This document shows, piece by piece, positions 48,812 through 60,100 of a DNA stretch of 64,000 nt (position 1 is the stretch's first letter; each line of letters starts with the position of its first letter). The translations under genes were made by a program, and so were the position numbers. The notes beneath the pieces were generated by a model. That model was not told the origin of the DNA and ran no database searches. It saw only the letters and a program-made list of their open reading frames with translations. The DNA is from a virus (taxonomy: Duplodnaviria; Caudoviricetes), in IMG/VR virus record IMGVR_UViG_3300032782_000002. One strand, 5' to 3'.

Positions 48812-49180
48812 CTAGAAAGGTGCGACGTGCGTCATGCCGACGCGTGAGCCCACGAGGATCCCCGCGGCTCCGCCGATCGGAAGCTCCAGCACGTAGCGGT
48901 ATGGCGTGCGGCGCCCGCGCACCTGGGGCACTCCTGCCGGCACGTTGGGCTGCACGTCGAGCACGGTCCCGTCGTCGGCGAGGAACACGAAGTCGAGCGG
49001 GAAGGGCATGCCCGTCATCGTCATCGGCCACGCCCCGGGCATCGAGAAGCGAAAGAGCATCGGCGACGCCGCCGCACGGCCGTAGAGGCCACGTGTGAGA
49101 TCGGACAGCTGCGAGGCGAGTTCCGCGCGCACGGGCGGGATGGTCCCGAAGTGCAGCATCACGCTGGGCAGGTCGGACAT
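48812..49180 (-). CDS. DUF192 family protein
   Basis: RGLYGR...MLFRF...MTGMPFPLDFVFLADDG.V...YVLELP.G. Confidence 0.85.
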   Translation of the reverse strand: MSDLPSVMLHFGTIPPVRAELASQLSDLTRGLYGRAAASPMLFRFSMPGAWPMTMTGMPFPLDFVFLADDGTVLDVQPNVPAGVPQVRGRRTPYRYVLELPIGGAAGILVGSRVGMTHVAPF

Positions 49181-49189
49181 GGTGGGTCT

Positions 49190-49570
49190 ATGCTACCCCG
49201 GATCGTGACGCTCGCTGCCCCGACAATCCGGTTCGAGGTGGATTCCGTAGCCCCCGGCGAAGAGCTGACCGTCGAGGCCATCACCACCGTCACGGCGCGT
49301 TACGACACCCTCATCGTCGAGACCTGCGAGGGCTTCGAGCTGAGCGAGCTGCTGGTCGACGACGAGCCCCAGTTTGGTGCTGGGGGTAGCTCCATTCCAG
49401 CTACCACCTTCGCCCCCGATCGTCGGCCGATACGCCTCGCGCTCGGTCACGGCACCGAGATCGGCATCTTCGAGGGGATGCGCGTGGGTCTGGTGCTGCG
49501 CAACGTCGGCGAGGTGGCGGCGCCGTTTCGCGCCATCCTGCTGCGGGGGCCGCAGACGACGGGGCGTTAG
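49190..49570 (+). CDS. hypothetical beta-rich protein
   Basis: Divergent ORF with protein-like composition. Confidence 0.55.
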   Translation: MLPRIVTLAAPTIRFEVDSVAPGEELTVEAITTVTARYDTLIVETCEGFELSELLVDDEPQFGAGGSSIPATTFAPDRRPIRLALGHGTEIGIFEGMRVGLVLRNVGEVAAPFRAILLRGPQTTGR

Positions 49571-49811
49571 AGCACGAGGTTCGGGCCGCCCTTGGACTCC
49601 GGGTACTTCGTGCCGCAGAACGGGCAGTAGCTCGCGATGAGACGATGCAGCTTCACGCGCGGTGTACGACGCTCGGTGGCGATGATGGCGCGCTCCGGGC
49701 CGCCGCGAAGCGAGATGGTGACGCAGAGCCGTGCGCCCTGTGCGGCGAGCGCCTCGTCGACCTTGTCGGTGCACCGGCACGTCTTGGGCTTCTTGGTCTT
49801 GGCAGTCTTGG

Positions 49812-50279
49812 TCATGGCTGGATCACCTGTAGAACGTGATAGAGGAGACTGTGCACGGCCGAGGCGATGCCCGGCGCTCGGCTCTCGCGGCTGCCCGCGA
49901 CGTTGAGAATGCGCGGCTGCGCCAGGTGCAGCCATGCGATCAGTCGCGCGCGACCGTACTCGCCGCGCGAGGTCGTGTTGGCGATGATGACAAAGGGCTT
50001 GCGGATCTGGCGGCAGTAGTCGCGCGTGCGCGCGCTGCCGGCGGTCATCCTGTCGACGAAGATGATGGTGCCGTCCGAACTCTCGACGTTGCGTTTGGTG
50101 CGTACGAGGTAGCCGTCGTCGCGCGTCTCCTGCAGCTGGTAGTGGTCCGGGATGCGACCGTCCTCGGCGCGTCGACCGCGCGGGCACCAGCCGCCGTGCG
50201 GGATGCCGAGCTGGATGGCGACGTTGAGCGCGGCGCGATCCGCGCCGGTCTGGCCACCGCTGATGATGCGTTCGATCAT
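49812..50279 (-). CDS. SLOG/YpsA-like protein (putative molybdenum carrier family)
   Basis: IISGGQTGADRAAL...HGGWCP.GRRAEDG...RTKRNV..SDGT...LNVAGSRES. Confidence 0.9.
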   Translation of the reverse strand: MIERIISGGQTGADRAALNVAIQLGIPHGGWCPRGRRAEDGRIPDHYQLQETRDDGYLVRTKRNVESSDGTIIFVDRMTAGSARTRDYCRQIRKPFVIIANTTSRGEYGRARLIAWLHLAQPRILNVAGSRESRAPGIASAVHSLLYHVLQVIQP

Positions 50280-51509
50280 GCCTTGCTCGTCAGGTAGGCG
50301 CGCACGGATTGGCCGAGCACTTCGAGCACGCGCGTCAGTCGGGACAGATCCCTGGTCAGCGCGGCGTTGAATGCGGCGGAGACGACGTGATCCTTGGCGG
50401 CGAGGATCTCGGCGGTGAGCTTCTGCTGCGTCGTCGAGCCGTACGTGCAGCAGCGCCGACACCCCGCACTCGAAAGGGGTGACGCGCACGTACAGTGCGG
50501 GATGCACGGCGTCGTGTGCTTGCAGGGACACGCGCGCGACGCGTCGCGGAGCGCCGTCAGCTCGTTGCGCACTCGGGTGAGCAGTGCCCGGTGTGTGCTG
50601 GTAGGCGGTAGCCGCTCGATCGCGTTATCGAGCAGATCGGTCGTGGAGGGCTGCTTCACGGCTGGACTCCGATCAGCCAGCGCAGAAAGCGCAGCCACCA
50701 CGGATCGCGCAGCGCCTTCTCGGCGCCGTCCAGGCAACGCGCGCAGATGCGGCCGCCGTTGCGGGTGAACTTGCCGCACCAGATGCAGTTCTCAGGGAGC
50801 ATCAGGACTCCTGCGTGATCTGCTCGCGCGCCTGGCGCCGCGCGGCCTTCTTCTGTCGGCGGCGCATCGCGGCCCACTCGGCCAGGCAGATACGCCACTT
50901 GCGATGGCGCCGCAGCCCGGCCAGGCGGCTATCCATGTGGGTCTCGCCGTAGGGCTTCATGTGGGCCCCGGGATCTGCGAGCGCAGACGTTTGATCTCCT
51001 CAACCAGGATGGACTTGATGTCCACCGGCACGATCGGCCCGGAACGCAACCAGTTGAACTCGGCCACCTCGCGCACCTCGTAGTCGAAGCGGTGGTGATC
51101 CACGTTCGCTGCCTCCCCGGTCACCCAGCGAGGTAGCTCCCGCAGCATCTCCTCGATTGTGCCCGTCACGCAGAACCGTCCGTCCTGTACGCACCAGATG
51201 CCGTACTTCATCCGAGGATGTCTCCCAGGCCAGGGGGCTCTTCCAGGTCGGCCTCTTCCAGCTCGCTCTTGGCATCCTTGGCCTCGGCGATCAAGTCGCC
51301 GGGCGTCTCGCGGACCAGCCCACTGACGACGAAGCTCGATACCACCTCGTAGACGACGTAGCGCACGCCCGGCCATTGCCGCGCGAGCTTGGCGGCCTCG
51401 GCTTCCGCGGCGCGCTGGGTCGTGTAGTCATCGCGCCACGTGCGCGCTGCGTGGTTCGTGTCGGCTCGCGCGTTGCCCGCGTCGTCCAGTGCGACGCGCC
51501 AGTACCGGT

Positions 51510-52064
51510 TCATGCTGCCGCCTCGAAGGCCGAGTCGAATTCTGCCTTCTTCGCTACGAGGGCCTGCTGCGCCTTGGTTCGCTCGGCCGCTGCCTCCTCC
51601 ATCTCCCGCTGGGCGGCGAGTAGCTTGGCTTCGCACTCGCGCGCGTGTTCGTTGGTCAGCGCGTAGTACGCCTTGGCTTCCTTCAGCTCGTTGAACAGGC
51701 GTTCCATCTTGGCCTCGTGGGTTTCGGGTGGCGGTGGCGGGGGCGCGGCCGCTTCGACGGCGCTGTTGTGCTCTTCGATCCAGTCTTCGGGATGCGTCGT
51801 GCTCACGGGCGCGGTCTCGCGCGCGGCTCGCCGCTCGACGGCCTCGTCGTTCTTGCTCGGCGGCGGCCACTGGAAGCCTCGGCGCCGCAGATCCCGGACG
51901 GTGTTCTTGAAGGCGTGGTGGTCTTCGCTGTGGCTGAAGTGGACGATGCCTTGTGATCGGTCTGGGGGCACGGCCTGCAGGTGGCCCCGACCTGTCTGCG
52001 TGACCGTCCATCCCTGCCGGCGAAGCTCGTCTGCCAGCTCGTCCCAGTGCTTGCGTTCACCCAT
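51510..52064 (-). CDS. HicA-like N-terminal domain + coiled coil
   Basis: LRRQGWTVTQTGRGHL...DHHAFKNTVRDLRRRG. Confidence 0.6.
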   Translation of the reverse strand: MGERKHWDELADELRRQGWTVTQTGRGHLQAVPPDRSQGIVHFSHSEDHHAFKNTVRDLRRRGFQWPPPSKNDEAVERRAARETAPVSTTHPEDWIEEHNSAVEAAAPPPPPPETHEAKMERLFNELKEAKAYYALTNEHARECEAKLLAAQREMEEAAAERTKAQQALVAKKAEFDSAFEAAA

Positions 52065-52382
52065 TGTCGTCTCCTGTCTCTGCCTGCAACTTGAGAGCTT
52101 GGTGTGCTTCGGCGACGAGCGGCGGCATGCCCGTGCCGTCGCAGGCGTCGCAGGGGTACGTACAGCCCGTGGCCGTCGCCTCACCCTTCGGGCCGCCGCC
52201 GTCGCCCAGGACGATCTCGCCCATGCCCCCGCATTCCGGACAGCGGTCGTCGAACGACGGCAAGACCGCGGGTCCGAACGTGAACGGCTCGAACTCCCAC
52301 GAGGGCGGGATTGCCGGCTTGTAGGGCTCCGCCGTGCAGTCGCCGAGCTGGTCGTTGCCGAGCGGCTTGTCGTCCGGGCGGC

Positions 52383-52775
52383 TCACTCGCTCACCTCGAA
52401 GTCCATCGGATCCTTGTTGTGCACCGGCCCATTGTAGTTGATGGTCAGCTCCTCGCCGCGTGCGATGTCGCGGCGAGCGCGGTACATGATGGTCTGCTTG
52501 GCGAACGCCCGGCGCCACGTCATGTTCGGATCGAACGAGTGACTGTAGAGCGAGCCGTAGCCGAGCGCGATGGCTGCGTGATCGTCGGTCCACCAGTAGG
52601 CCCACTCGCCCAGGCGGTGGCGCGCTGGCCAGCGGTTGTCCACGATGATGACCGGTGCGATCTCGATGATCGTGCCCGCGTGGATGGGCCCACCCGCACG
52701 CACGATGCGGCCCTTGGTCGGGTGCCGGCGGACGAACAGCGGCACCGGTGCGAGCATCCTGGCGATGGGATTCAT
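52383..52775 (-). CDS. SET domain protein
   Basis: ALGYGSLYSHSFDPN...ARRDIARGEELTINY. Confidence 0.85.
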   Translation of the reverse strand: MNPIARMLAPVPLFVRRHPTKGRIVRAGGPIHAGTIIEIAPVIIVDNRWPARHRLGEWAYWWTDDHAAIALGYGSLYSHSFDPNMTWRRAFAKQTIMYRARRDIARGEELTINYNGPVHNKDPMDFEVSE

Positions 52776-53326
52776 CGCGTGGCCTCCGCCCATGCGAGGC
52801 AGACGATCGTAAACGCCAGGGCGCCGAAGACGAAGAGCATCATGACACGGTCGCGATCAGATCGGCGAGCAGGACGCGCTGGCGATAGCGCAGTTGGGCG
52901 CCAGGGACGCGAGCGCCCCGGATCATGAACTCCTCGACGACGGCGTCTGTCGGTGACAGTAGCTCGATGAGCGTCTTGTCGGGCGCGTCCCGCAGATCGG
53001 TTACCAGGACGTAGACGACGGCCTTGTGGCTGGCGAAAGCGATGCTGTCGGTCAGGCGGCGTCGGATCTTGTCGTGCGGATCGCGATCCATCAGCGCGCC
53101 CACCAGCGCTTGCCGGCCGCCCACTTGACGAATGCGTCCTTGGACACGCCGCGCTGCTGCGCGACCGCCCAGAACGCCTCGATGTCCGGCTTGTGGTTCG
53201 TCGAGCACGCGAGGTTGCCGTAGGCGAAGTCCAGCCGCTGCAGTTGGCGCTCCTCTTCGGTCGGTGGCGGGAGCAGCTTGGCTTGCTCCATGAGACGGGC
53301 GAGTCTCTCTGCGGTGCTGGGCGGGT

Positions 53327-54070
53327 TCATGTCCGGTCTCCGATCTCGATGCGGGCGATCTCTTCGTCAGGGGTCGCCAGGATGTCCCACGAGTACCCGG
53401 ACTCCGAGCGCTTCCACAGCCATCGACCCTGACCGGGGATGACGATCTCGGCGATGTACGGCCCGCTGTTCGGTCGGACCTCGCCAAGACGCCGTCGTAG
53501 GATCTCACGCATGGCCCAGTACAGCACCGTCCGGGTGATGGTGCGGAAGCGCATCATGTCGCCCCGGCATGCCCGCGTGTATCGTCGCGTCAGCTCCATA
53601 CCCAGCGCGCGGTTGATCTGCTTGGTGTGCATCTCGACGTGGGCTTCCCGCGCAGTGTCCACAAGGGGCTCGCCCGTACGCTCGATCTTCGAATCACGCA
53701 TCGTGAAGGTCAGCTGAAGATCGCCGTTCACGGTGGGGGCGTTCTCGACGTGCCACATGTCGTAGCGGTCGTCCTCGCGATCTCGGGCGAACGCGACACC
53801 GCCCGCTTCCTTGATTGCGCGTACTAGCGGCCAGATCTGGGTCGTCCAGTAGCGCTCTTCGCGGCGGTGTGCAGCGAGTGACCAGCGGGCGGTCCGCGCG
53901 AGGTTCTTCAGCACGCGCGGTGGGTAGACGACCCAGTCGTTGATCTTGATCGTGCGCTTGCCGATCACCTCGCCCTTGGCGTTGACGGGCTGCGCGTCCT
54001 CGTCGAACCCGGCGAAGGCTTCGGCCATCGGCAGGCGGACGTCGTAGTGGATGAAGATCTCGGGTTGCAT
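53327..54070 (-). CDS. hypothetical protein
   Basis: 247-aa ORF MQPEIF... coupled to its neighbours. Confidence 0.65.
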   Translation of the reverse strand: MQPEIFIHYDVRLPMAEAFAGFDEDAQPVNAKGEVIGKRTIKINDWVVYPPRVLKNLARTARWSLAAHRREERYWTTQIWPLVRAIKEAGGVAFARDREDDRYDMWHVENAPTVNGDLQLTFTMRDSKIERTGEPLVDTAREAHVEMHTKQINRALGMELTRRYTRACRGDMMRFRTITRTVLYWAMREILRRRLGEVRPNSGPYIAEIVIPGQGRWLWKRSESGYSWDILATPDEEIARIEIGDRT

Positions 54071-54878
54071 CACCGGGTGCTCGCGTTGCCGACAGCCGTG
54101 GCGATGTCGTTGGCGTCGACCGTGTACTTCTTGCCCCCGATCGTCAGCACGACGTACGTGCGCGCGGTCGTCTGTCGCCAGTCCGACTCGACGACGATGA
54201 CCGGCTTGTCTTTGGCGTTGCTGTCGACGCTCTGTCCGTCGACTTCGTGTACGGGTACCTCGCAGTGGATCTTGATCATGGTGTCCTCTCAGGTGACGGG
54301 AGCCGCGCCGAGCGCGTCGCGAAACGCAGCCCAGAGGGCGGCCTCCGTCTTGGTATCGACGGTGGTGGGCTGGACGGCAACAAGCGAGCGCCCGGCGCGC
54401 ACGAGCTGGTTCAGGGCGTGCTGGACCTGGCTGGGCGGGGCGCACGTTGATCTCCCCGCCGTTGAGGATCTCCCTTGTCCCCGAGGCTGGGCGAGTTGGC
54501 GGTCGCAGCAAGCGTTGAAGTGCAGACAGACCCATCCACGAGGGTACCGCTCGAACCCTCGCGTTCCCCGCCGGCCGCAGTCTCGACACACGTGCACGTC
54601 GCCCATCGGATGAGCTTCCTGACCATAGCACACCCGGCAGGGCTTGATTGACTTCGAATCAACCGCTGAGGTAGCCTCGTCGGTCATGGGCAGCCTCACC
54701 GATAGGCAGATCGAGGAACTGAGGCTGCGGATGCACAAGCACGCCGTCGTCGGAGACGTCGCCGTCGTCGTCCTGACGGCGGCCGAGCTTGGCGGTCTCC
54801 TCGATGAGGTCACCGGGCTACGACGTCTGCTCGCCTCGGAGCGTGCGCGCGACGGTAGCGAGCCGGAGGGGATCTGAG

Positions 54879-56099
54879 ATGCCGCAGCCCACGATGTCCA
54901 AGGCCGGGCTCGTCCTGCAGTGCGGCTGGGCGTTCAACAACGACAAGGTCCCCAAGGTCGTCGCCAACGTGCCCATGCGCTACGGCAGCGCCTTCCACGA
55001 GCTGGTCGCCGGGCCGCTCGCGGCGGGAGTGCCCACCAAGATGCCCCTCGATGCCGTCGAGAGCGTCGCCGAGCGCTTCCAGATCGACGCTGTCGAAGAG
55101 CTGCGCGAGCACGCGTCCGCCGCCTATGCCACGCTGCGTGCGTGGCTCACCGGCGACAACGCGTGGGGCGCCAACCTGCTGCCCGCCCCCAAGGGCGCCA
55201 TCCTCGTCGAGACGGCCATCGCCTACGACACGCGCACCGGCAAGGCGCGGCTGCTACCACCGGTCGACGACAACCACGTCTACATCGGTGTCGGCCGCCG
55301 CGACCACCCCGGCACGGTGGACGTCGCGATCAATCTCAAGGCGTACGGCAAGCGCCTTCCATCGCGCCTGCGTGACGCCGTGCTCATTCTCGACCACAAG
55401 ACGGGCGTGTCGTTCGATCCGCCCCAGGAGAGCTACCAGCTCAAGTCGCTCGCGCTCGCGTTCTCCCGCCTGTGGGGATGCAGTCGCGCCATCGTGGCGA
55501 TCAACCACGCGCCTCGCGACGGCATCCCTGCGGTCTTCGCCGACGAGCTGCCATTCTACGATCTCGACCAGCACGCCAAGAAGCTCAAGCGCGCCTTCCT
55601 GCGGATCGGCGACGGCAGCCTGCGTCCCGGCAAGGAATGCGGCTACTGCCCGGCCAACGGCGTGTGCCCCGCCTACGGCGGCAGCCTCGCCAGCCTCACG
55701 CGTGATCTGCGCCACACGCTCGACACGCCGAACGAGCCGCTCGTACAGGAGGCGTCCAAGGCCCTGGCGATCGACGACGGCAGGCCCAACCTCGACATCA
55801 CGACGCCCGAGGGCATGGGCGCCACGCACATGATTCTGCAGATGATCCGCCGCGTGGACGACGAGTGGAGCGAGCGGATCAAGCAGCAGCTGCGCGAGGG
55901 CGGCCCGGACGCAGCTGGCGTGCGCCCGGACGGGCAGCTCACCGTGCTCAAGGTGACCGAGCGCGAGAACCTGTCGCTCGCGTCGATCAAGCGCGCGTGC
56001 AAGCCCAAGCGGGCCGCCGAGATCGAGAAGATGCTGCGCGACGAGAAGTGCATCGAGGTGCTCAAGCGCGAGGAGCTGCGCGCCGTCGCGGACCGCTAA
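54879..56099 (+). CDS. Cas4/RecB-like PD-(D/E)XK exonuclease with Fe-S Cys motif
   Basis: N-terminal Cys, GSAFHE, GTVDV, ILDHKTG, QLKS.A, CGYCPANGVC. Confidence 0.8.
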   Translation: MPQPTMSKAGLVLQCGWAFNNDKVPKVVANVPMRYGSAFHELVAGPLAAGVPTKMPLDAVESVAERFQIDAVEELREHASAAYATLRAWLTGDNAWGANLLPAPKGAILVETAIAYDTRTGKARLLPPVDDNHVYIGVGRRDHPGTVDVAINLKAYGKRLPSRLRDAVLILDHKTGVSFDPPQESYQLKSLALAFSRLWGCSRAIVAINHAPRDGIPAVFADELPFYDLDQHAKKLKRAFLRIGDGSLRPGKECGYCPANGVCPAYGGSLASLTRDLRHTLDTPNEPLVQEASKALAIDDGRPNLDITTPEGMGATHMILQMIRRVDDEWSERIKQQLREGGPDAAGVRPDGQLTVLKVTERENLSLASIKRACKPKRAAEIEKMLRDEKCIEVLKREELRAVADR

Positions 56100-56236
56100 G
56101 CATGCCGAATCCGGAGGAACCGAATCGCACGTTTGCTGAGGCGATCCAAGACGCAATCGACTTCTCGTCGGTCTACCGATTGCACCAGCCGGAGTGAGCT
56201 GCACGCGTTTGCGCCGGGTTGGGTATAATCCCGGCC

Positions 56237-57175
56237 ATGCCCCACCTCGGCACCTGCAAGAGCTGCGGTATGGCCCTGCAGTCGCCGGCCAAGGTGGTGT
56301 GGTGCCCGCGCGGGTGCCCGCGGCGTGTCGTTCTACGCCCCGTGCGGCTCGTTCGCAGGGGCCAGCGCACCAAGTGCGGCGCCGCGTGCCGCAAGGCGCG
56401 GACGCTGCACTGCGACTGCGAGTGCGGTGGGATCAACCACGGCAAGCAAGGCGGCTACTACGTGCCGTCAGGTGGCGCACGCCATGCGGATTCGGTCCCC
56501 GACTGGGAGGGGCTCGTCACGGACGCCGAGTACGTGCCTGCCGTCGTACGGCCCCAGATGCCCGGCGTCGTCGAGCGGCTCAAGGCGAGCGGGGCCCCAC
56601 CTCCCTACGAGTACATCGGCGCCGGCATGACCTCGGTCGTGTTCCGCTCCGGCGCGCTCGCCTACAAGGTGGCGCGCGGCACGAGCGACAGCACCCGATC
56701 GCTCTTCCTCGACGAGGCCGAGTTTCTCAAGACGGCGAGTCGCGTGGCGCGCGTCCGACATCGCGTGGCGAAGTTCGTTCGGTTCGATCCGGTCAACTTG
56801 GTCATCACACGTCGCTACGTGCCCCGGGATCCCAACGCCAGGCGCGGCGCCGTGGACCTCTGGGACCTGCACCGCGAACTCGAACGTCTGATGCTGCCCC
56901 ACGGCTGGACGGCGCCCGAGTACAAGGACGACTCCTATGTGCTCGCCAAGAGGGGCCCCGTGCTGGTCGATGCCGGCTTCGCACACCGGGTAGGCAAGGT
57001 CCTCTTGCGCGACGTCGAGGAGAAGCTGACGGGGCGGCGGCCGTGGTTCCACGATACGCCCCAGGATCTCGCGTTCGCCCTCCGCATGGAGGTCGGTAAG
57101 ACGCTGACTCAGGAGCAGATCGCTCCGCTGGAAGCGAAGCTGAAGGGACTGGCGGCGCCTATGGCGCGCTCGTAG
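56237..57175 (+). CDS. Cys-rich Zn domain fused to an atypical protein-kinase-like domain
   Basis: CGAAC...CDCECGG.NHG; YIGAGMTSVVF...AYKVAR...E...VLVDAGFA. Confidence 0.65.
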   Translation: MPHLGTCKSCGMALQSPAKVVWCPRGCPRRVVLRPVRLVRRGQRTKCGAACRKARTLHCDCECGGINHGKQGGYYVPSGGARHADSVPDWEGLVTDAEYVPAVVRPQMPGVVERLKASGAPPPYEYIGAGMTSVVFRSGALAYKVARGTSDSTRSLFLDEAEFLKTASRVARVRHRVAKFVRFDPVNLVITRRYVPRDPNARRGAVDLWDLHRELERLMLPHGWTAPEYKDDSYVLAKRGPVLVDAGFAHRVGKVLLRDVEEKLTGRRPWFHDTPQDLAFALRMEVGKTLTQEQIAPLEAKLKGLAAPMARS

Positions 57176-60100
57176 GAGGCGGCTTGATGGTCTTGGCGCG
57201 CACGATCCAGTGCGCGCCGCAGCCCCAGTTGTTCTTCTTCTTGTCGATGTTGTTGAACAGATGCACCTGATGGAAGTGTCCGCCCTCGCAGGCGTCGCAC
57301 TCGCAGTACTTACGGGGATCGTGCCAGACCCACTCGTCGCCGCATCTCGGGCATGTGGGCGCCATCGGGTTGCTCCAGTCCAAGATGAGCGGCGCGGCCG
57401 GTTTGGGTGTGGGCCTGGACGTATCCGGCGGCGTCTCGGGCGGTGTCTCCGGCGTTCGGTACGGCCCGAGCTGCGGCATCTCGACCGACTGCAGCTGCGG
57501 GTGCTCGGCCGCGAAGCGTTCGAGCGTGGCGCGCACGTATCGCTGGTGACGTCGGTTCTCGATGTAGATCAGAACGAGAACGAGGACGCAGCCGATGGGC
57601 CCCAGGATCACGGCGTGGTCCCGCCTGCGAGGCCGTCCGCCTTGGCGATGAGATCGTCGAGGGCAGCGCGCCACCGGTGGCCCGGCGCAACCTCTTCGAT
57701 CACGGTCGCGCGGTCGCGCTCGAATGCTTCGCCGCCCGCGCTGTCGCGCGCCGACACCTTCACGTGATCGATGCGCACGAGGTGGTAGCGTGCCGGGTGC
57801 GACTCGCGTTCGCAGTACAGGCCCGCCCAGTGCTTGCCGCCGGTGAAGTGCAGCACGGCGAACGCGCCGCGCCGGTAGCGCAGCGTGACGTGGCTGTTGA
57901 AGTTCACGCCGGGCGTCTTGACCTGCTCGCCCAGCTCGCGCGGCAGCTTCACGGTGTACTCGTTCATGAGGGCTCACACCTTCGCCCCGGCCTGGCGCCG
58001 CAGACCGGGCAAGTGACGTGGCGCACGTGCCGCGCGCTCCGCTCGAACGCGGTCTGGAACCGTTCGAGGTGGGTGGTCTTCTCGTCGGGGTGGCCGCTGC
58101 CGAGCCGCGCGAGATCCTTGGTCGTCATCGGGCGCCAGCGCGAGTTCATGATCGCCGCGGGAAGAGGGCGTTGACGCGCTCGGCGACCTGGCCGAACACG
58201 GGGCGCATCGGCATGTCGCCGACCCAGCTATAGCCGCGCCTGTGGCGGTGGGTGGTGTGCATCTGCGCCTCGCCCGACGCGAACTGCACGAGCCAGACGT
58301 CGCGCACGTACTCGGCAGTGAGGGGCTGGTTGATGACGCGATGAAGCAGAATGACGGCCTCCTGGTTGTACTCGTCTCTCGGGGAGCCGATTCGGATGAG
58401 TCCCTCGGGATCCAGCTTGTTCAGCACCTTCATGATCTTGTCCGTGTCGCTCATCGCAGCCTCCTCACGCCGGGCGCAGAACCCTGGCGAACGTCCGACC
58501 GACCTCGGTTTCCTCGTCCGACGACCATTCGCGGCCGCCGTCGGTGTGCAGCCCCCGGTGGCCCTCGCGCATGGTGCAGAAACGGATCGACGTCGACCCG
58601 CGCGAGACCATGCACTGGCGCCCGCCGCGCTTGCGGTCCTGTTCGATCCGGCGCGTGATGCGCCGCCGCTCACACCCCTCGCGGTTCAGGCAACGGCCCT
58701 CCACCAGAGCCGCCCGCTTGGATCCGCACACGCTGCATTCACTCATGGGTTCCTCCGTTTACGAAGACGTACGACGACAGCGTCGTGCTCACGCGCGGCG
58801 GCGTGCGCCGCGGTCTTGGAGGCGAAGCGCTTGGCGCCGCGCTGATCGGTCCACTCGCCGTCGCCCAGGTAGTAGATGGCCTTGGGCAGCACCTCGTAGA
58901 TCTTCACGAGCCAGACTGGCTGCGGGCTCGCCTCGTACGCGTCGGCCGCCTTGCATCGTGCGCAGCCACACGCACACTCGGCCCCGCTACGGCGGAAGCA
59001 CCCGCTGCTGGCGATCTGGCAATGAACGCGGCGTTGCATGCTACTTCCCGATGAGCCGCCGCAGGTGGTGCAGCTCCATCACGCGCCCGCTCAGCTCACT
59101 GTCCTTCGAGGCGTCGTTCGGCTCCAGTGCCATGAGGCGCGCGTCGATGACTCCGAGAATGCGGGTGCGCTCCTCGCGGGTGGCCGCCTCGCGCAGGCCG
59201 CGGAGCGTAGTGCCGGGGATGGTCCTGTGGATGGAGCAGAGCCCGGAGGGATCCGAGTGCTGGTTGTTGCACGTGACGTCACCGAGGATCATGTCGCAGC
59301 GAAAGATCTTCATGTCCGACCACGTGCAGTAGCCGCCTTCAGGGCATCGCGGATCGGCGAAGTATTCCGGGCGGGTGCGGCCGCACTTCGTGCACTTTTC
59401 GGTGGGCATGGTTCTCCTCAGAGCTTGCGGATGGGGGTCAGCGCCACGACGCGGCATCCGACGGACGCCACCGTCGGGAAACGCATCTTCTCGGCGAGAG
59501 CCGCTTCCTTGGTCGGTGCGCGCCATGCCGTCTTGACGGTGCCGCCGAACATCGGGCCGATGCCGGTCATCTGCTGGTAGTAGCCGCTGCGGGCGCTCTT
59601 GATGGCGTACTCCTGCCTGTTGCGCTCGGTGTCGTACTGCTGTCGGCTCTTGACGGCGTTGGCGTAGGCGATGGCCGCCTCGCGTAGTCGCTTGCGAGTG
59701 TGCTGACGGTCCACGCTTTGGGCTGCGTTCAGTAGCATGTGCCACGTGGCTCGTTCCTCTGCGTTCATCGTGCCTCCTCGGGTTTCGGAACCTTCACCGC
59801 GGCCTCTTCTCGCGGACCTTGACGCGCGTCGGCACGCCCAGATTGCGCATCACATAGGCGATGCGCGCGTTGCAGCGCATCCACTGCGTGCTGCACTTGT
59901 GCCTGGCCGGCTCGGACGCGTCGCACTCGCATCCGGGCGGGCGCTGCCACGGCTTTGCCATCTTGCGCTCCTGCCGGAGCGTATCGCGCCCCGCATCGGT
60001 TGCCTCGATCGTCCTGGCGTGAAGCCAGTACACGAGTCCCATCTTGTAGAGGCGCTCGGCGACCTGGTACTCCGAGCTGCCCCGCAACCACGCGCCCTTC

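Noticed and set aside
54879-56099. CRISPR-Cas locus around the Cas4-like gene
   Set aside because: No repeat-spacer array or other cas genes seen; solo Cas4-like nucleases are common in phages
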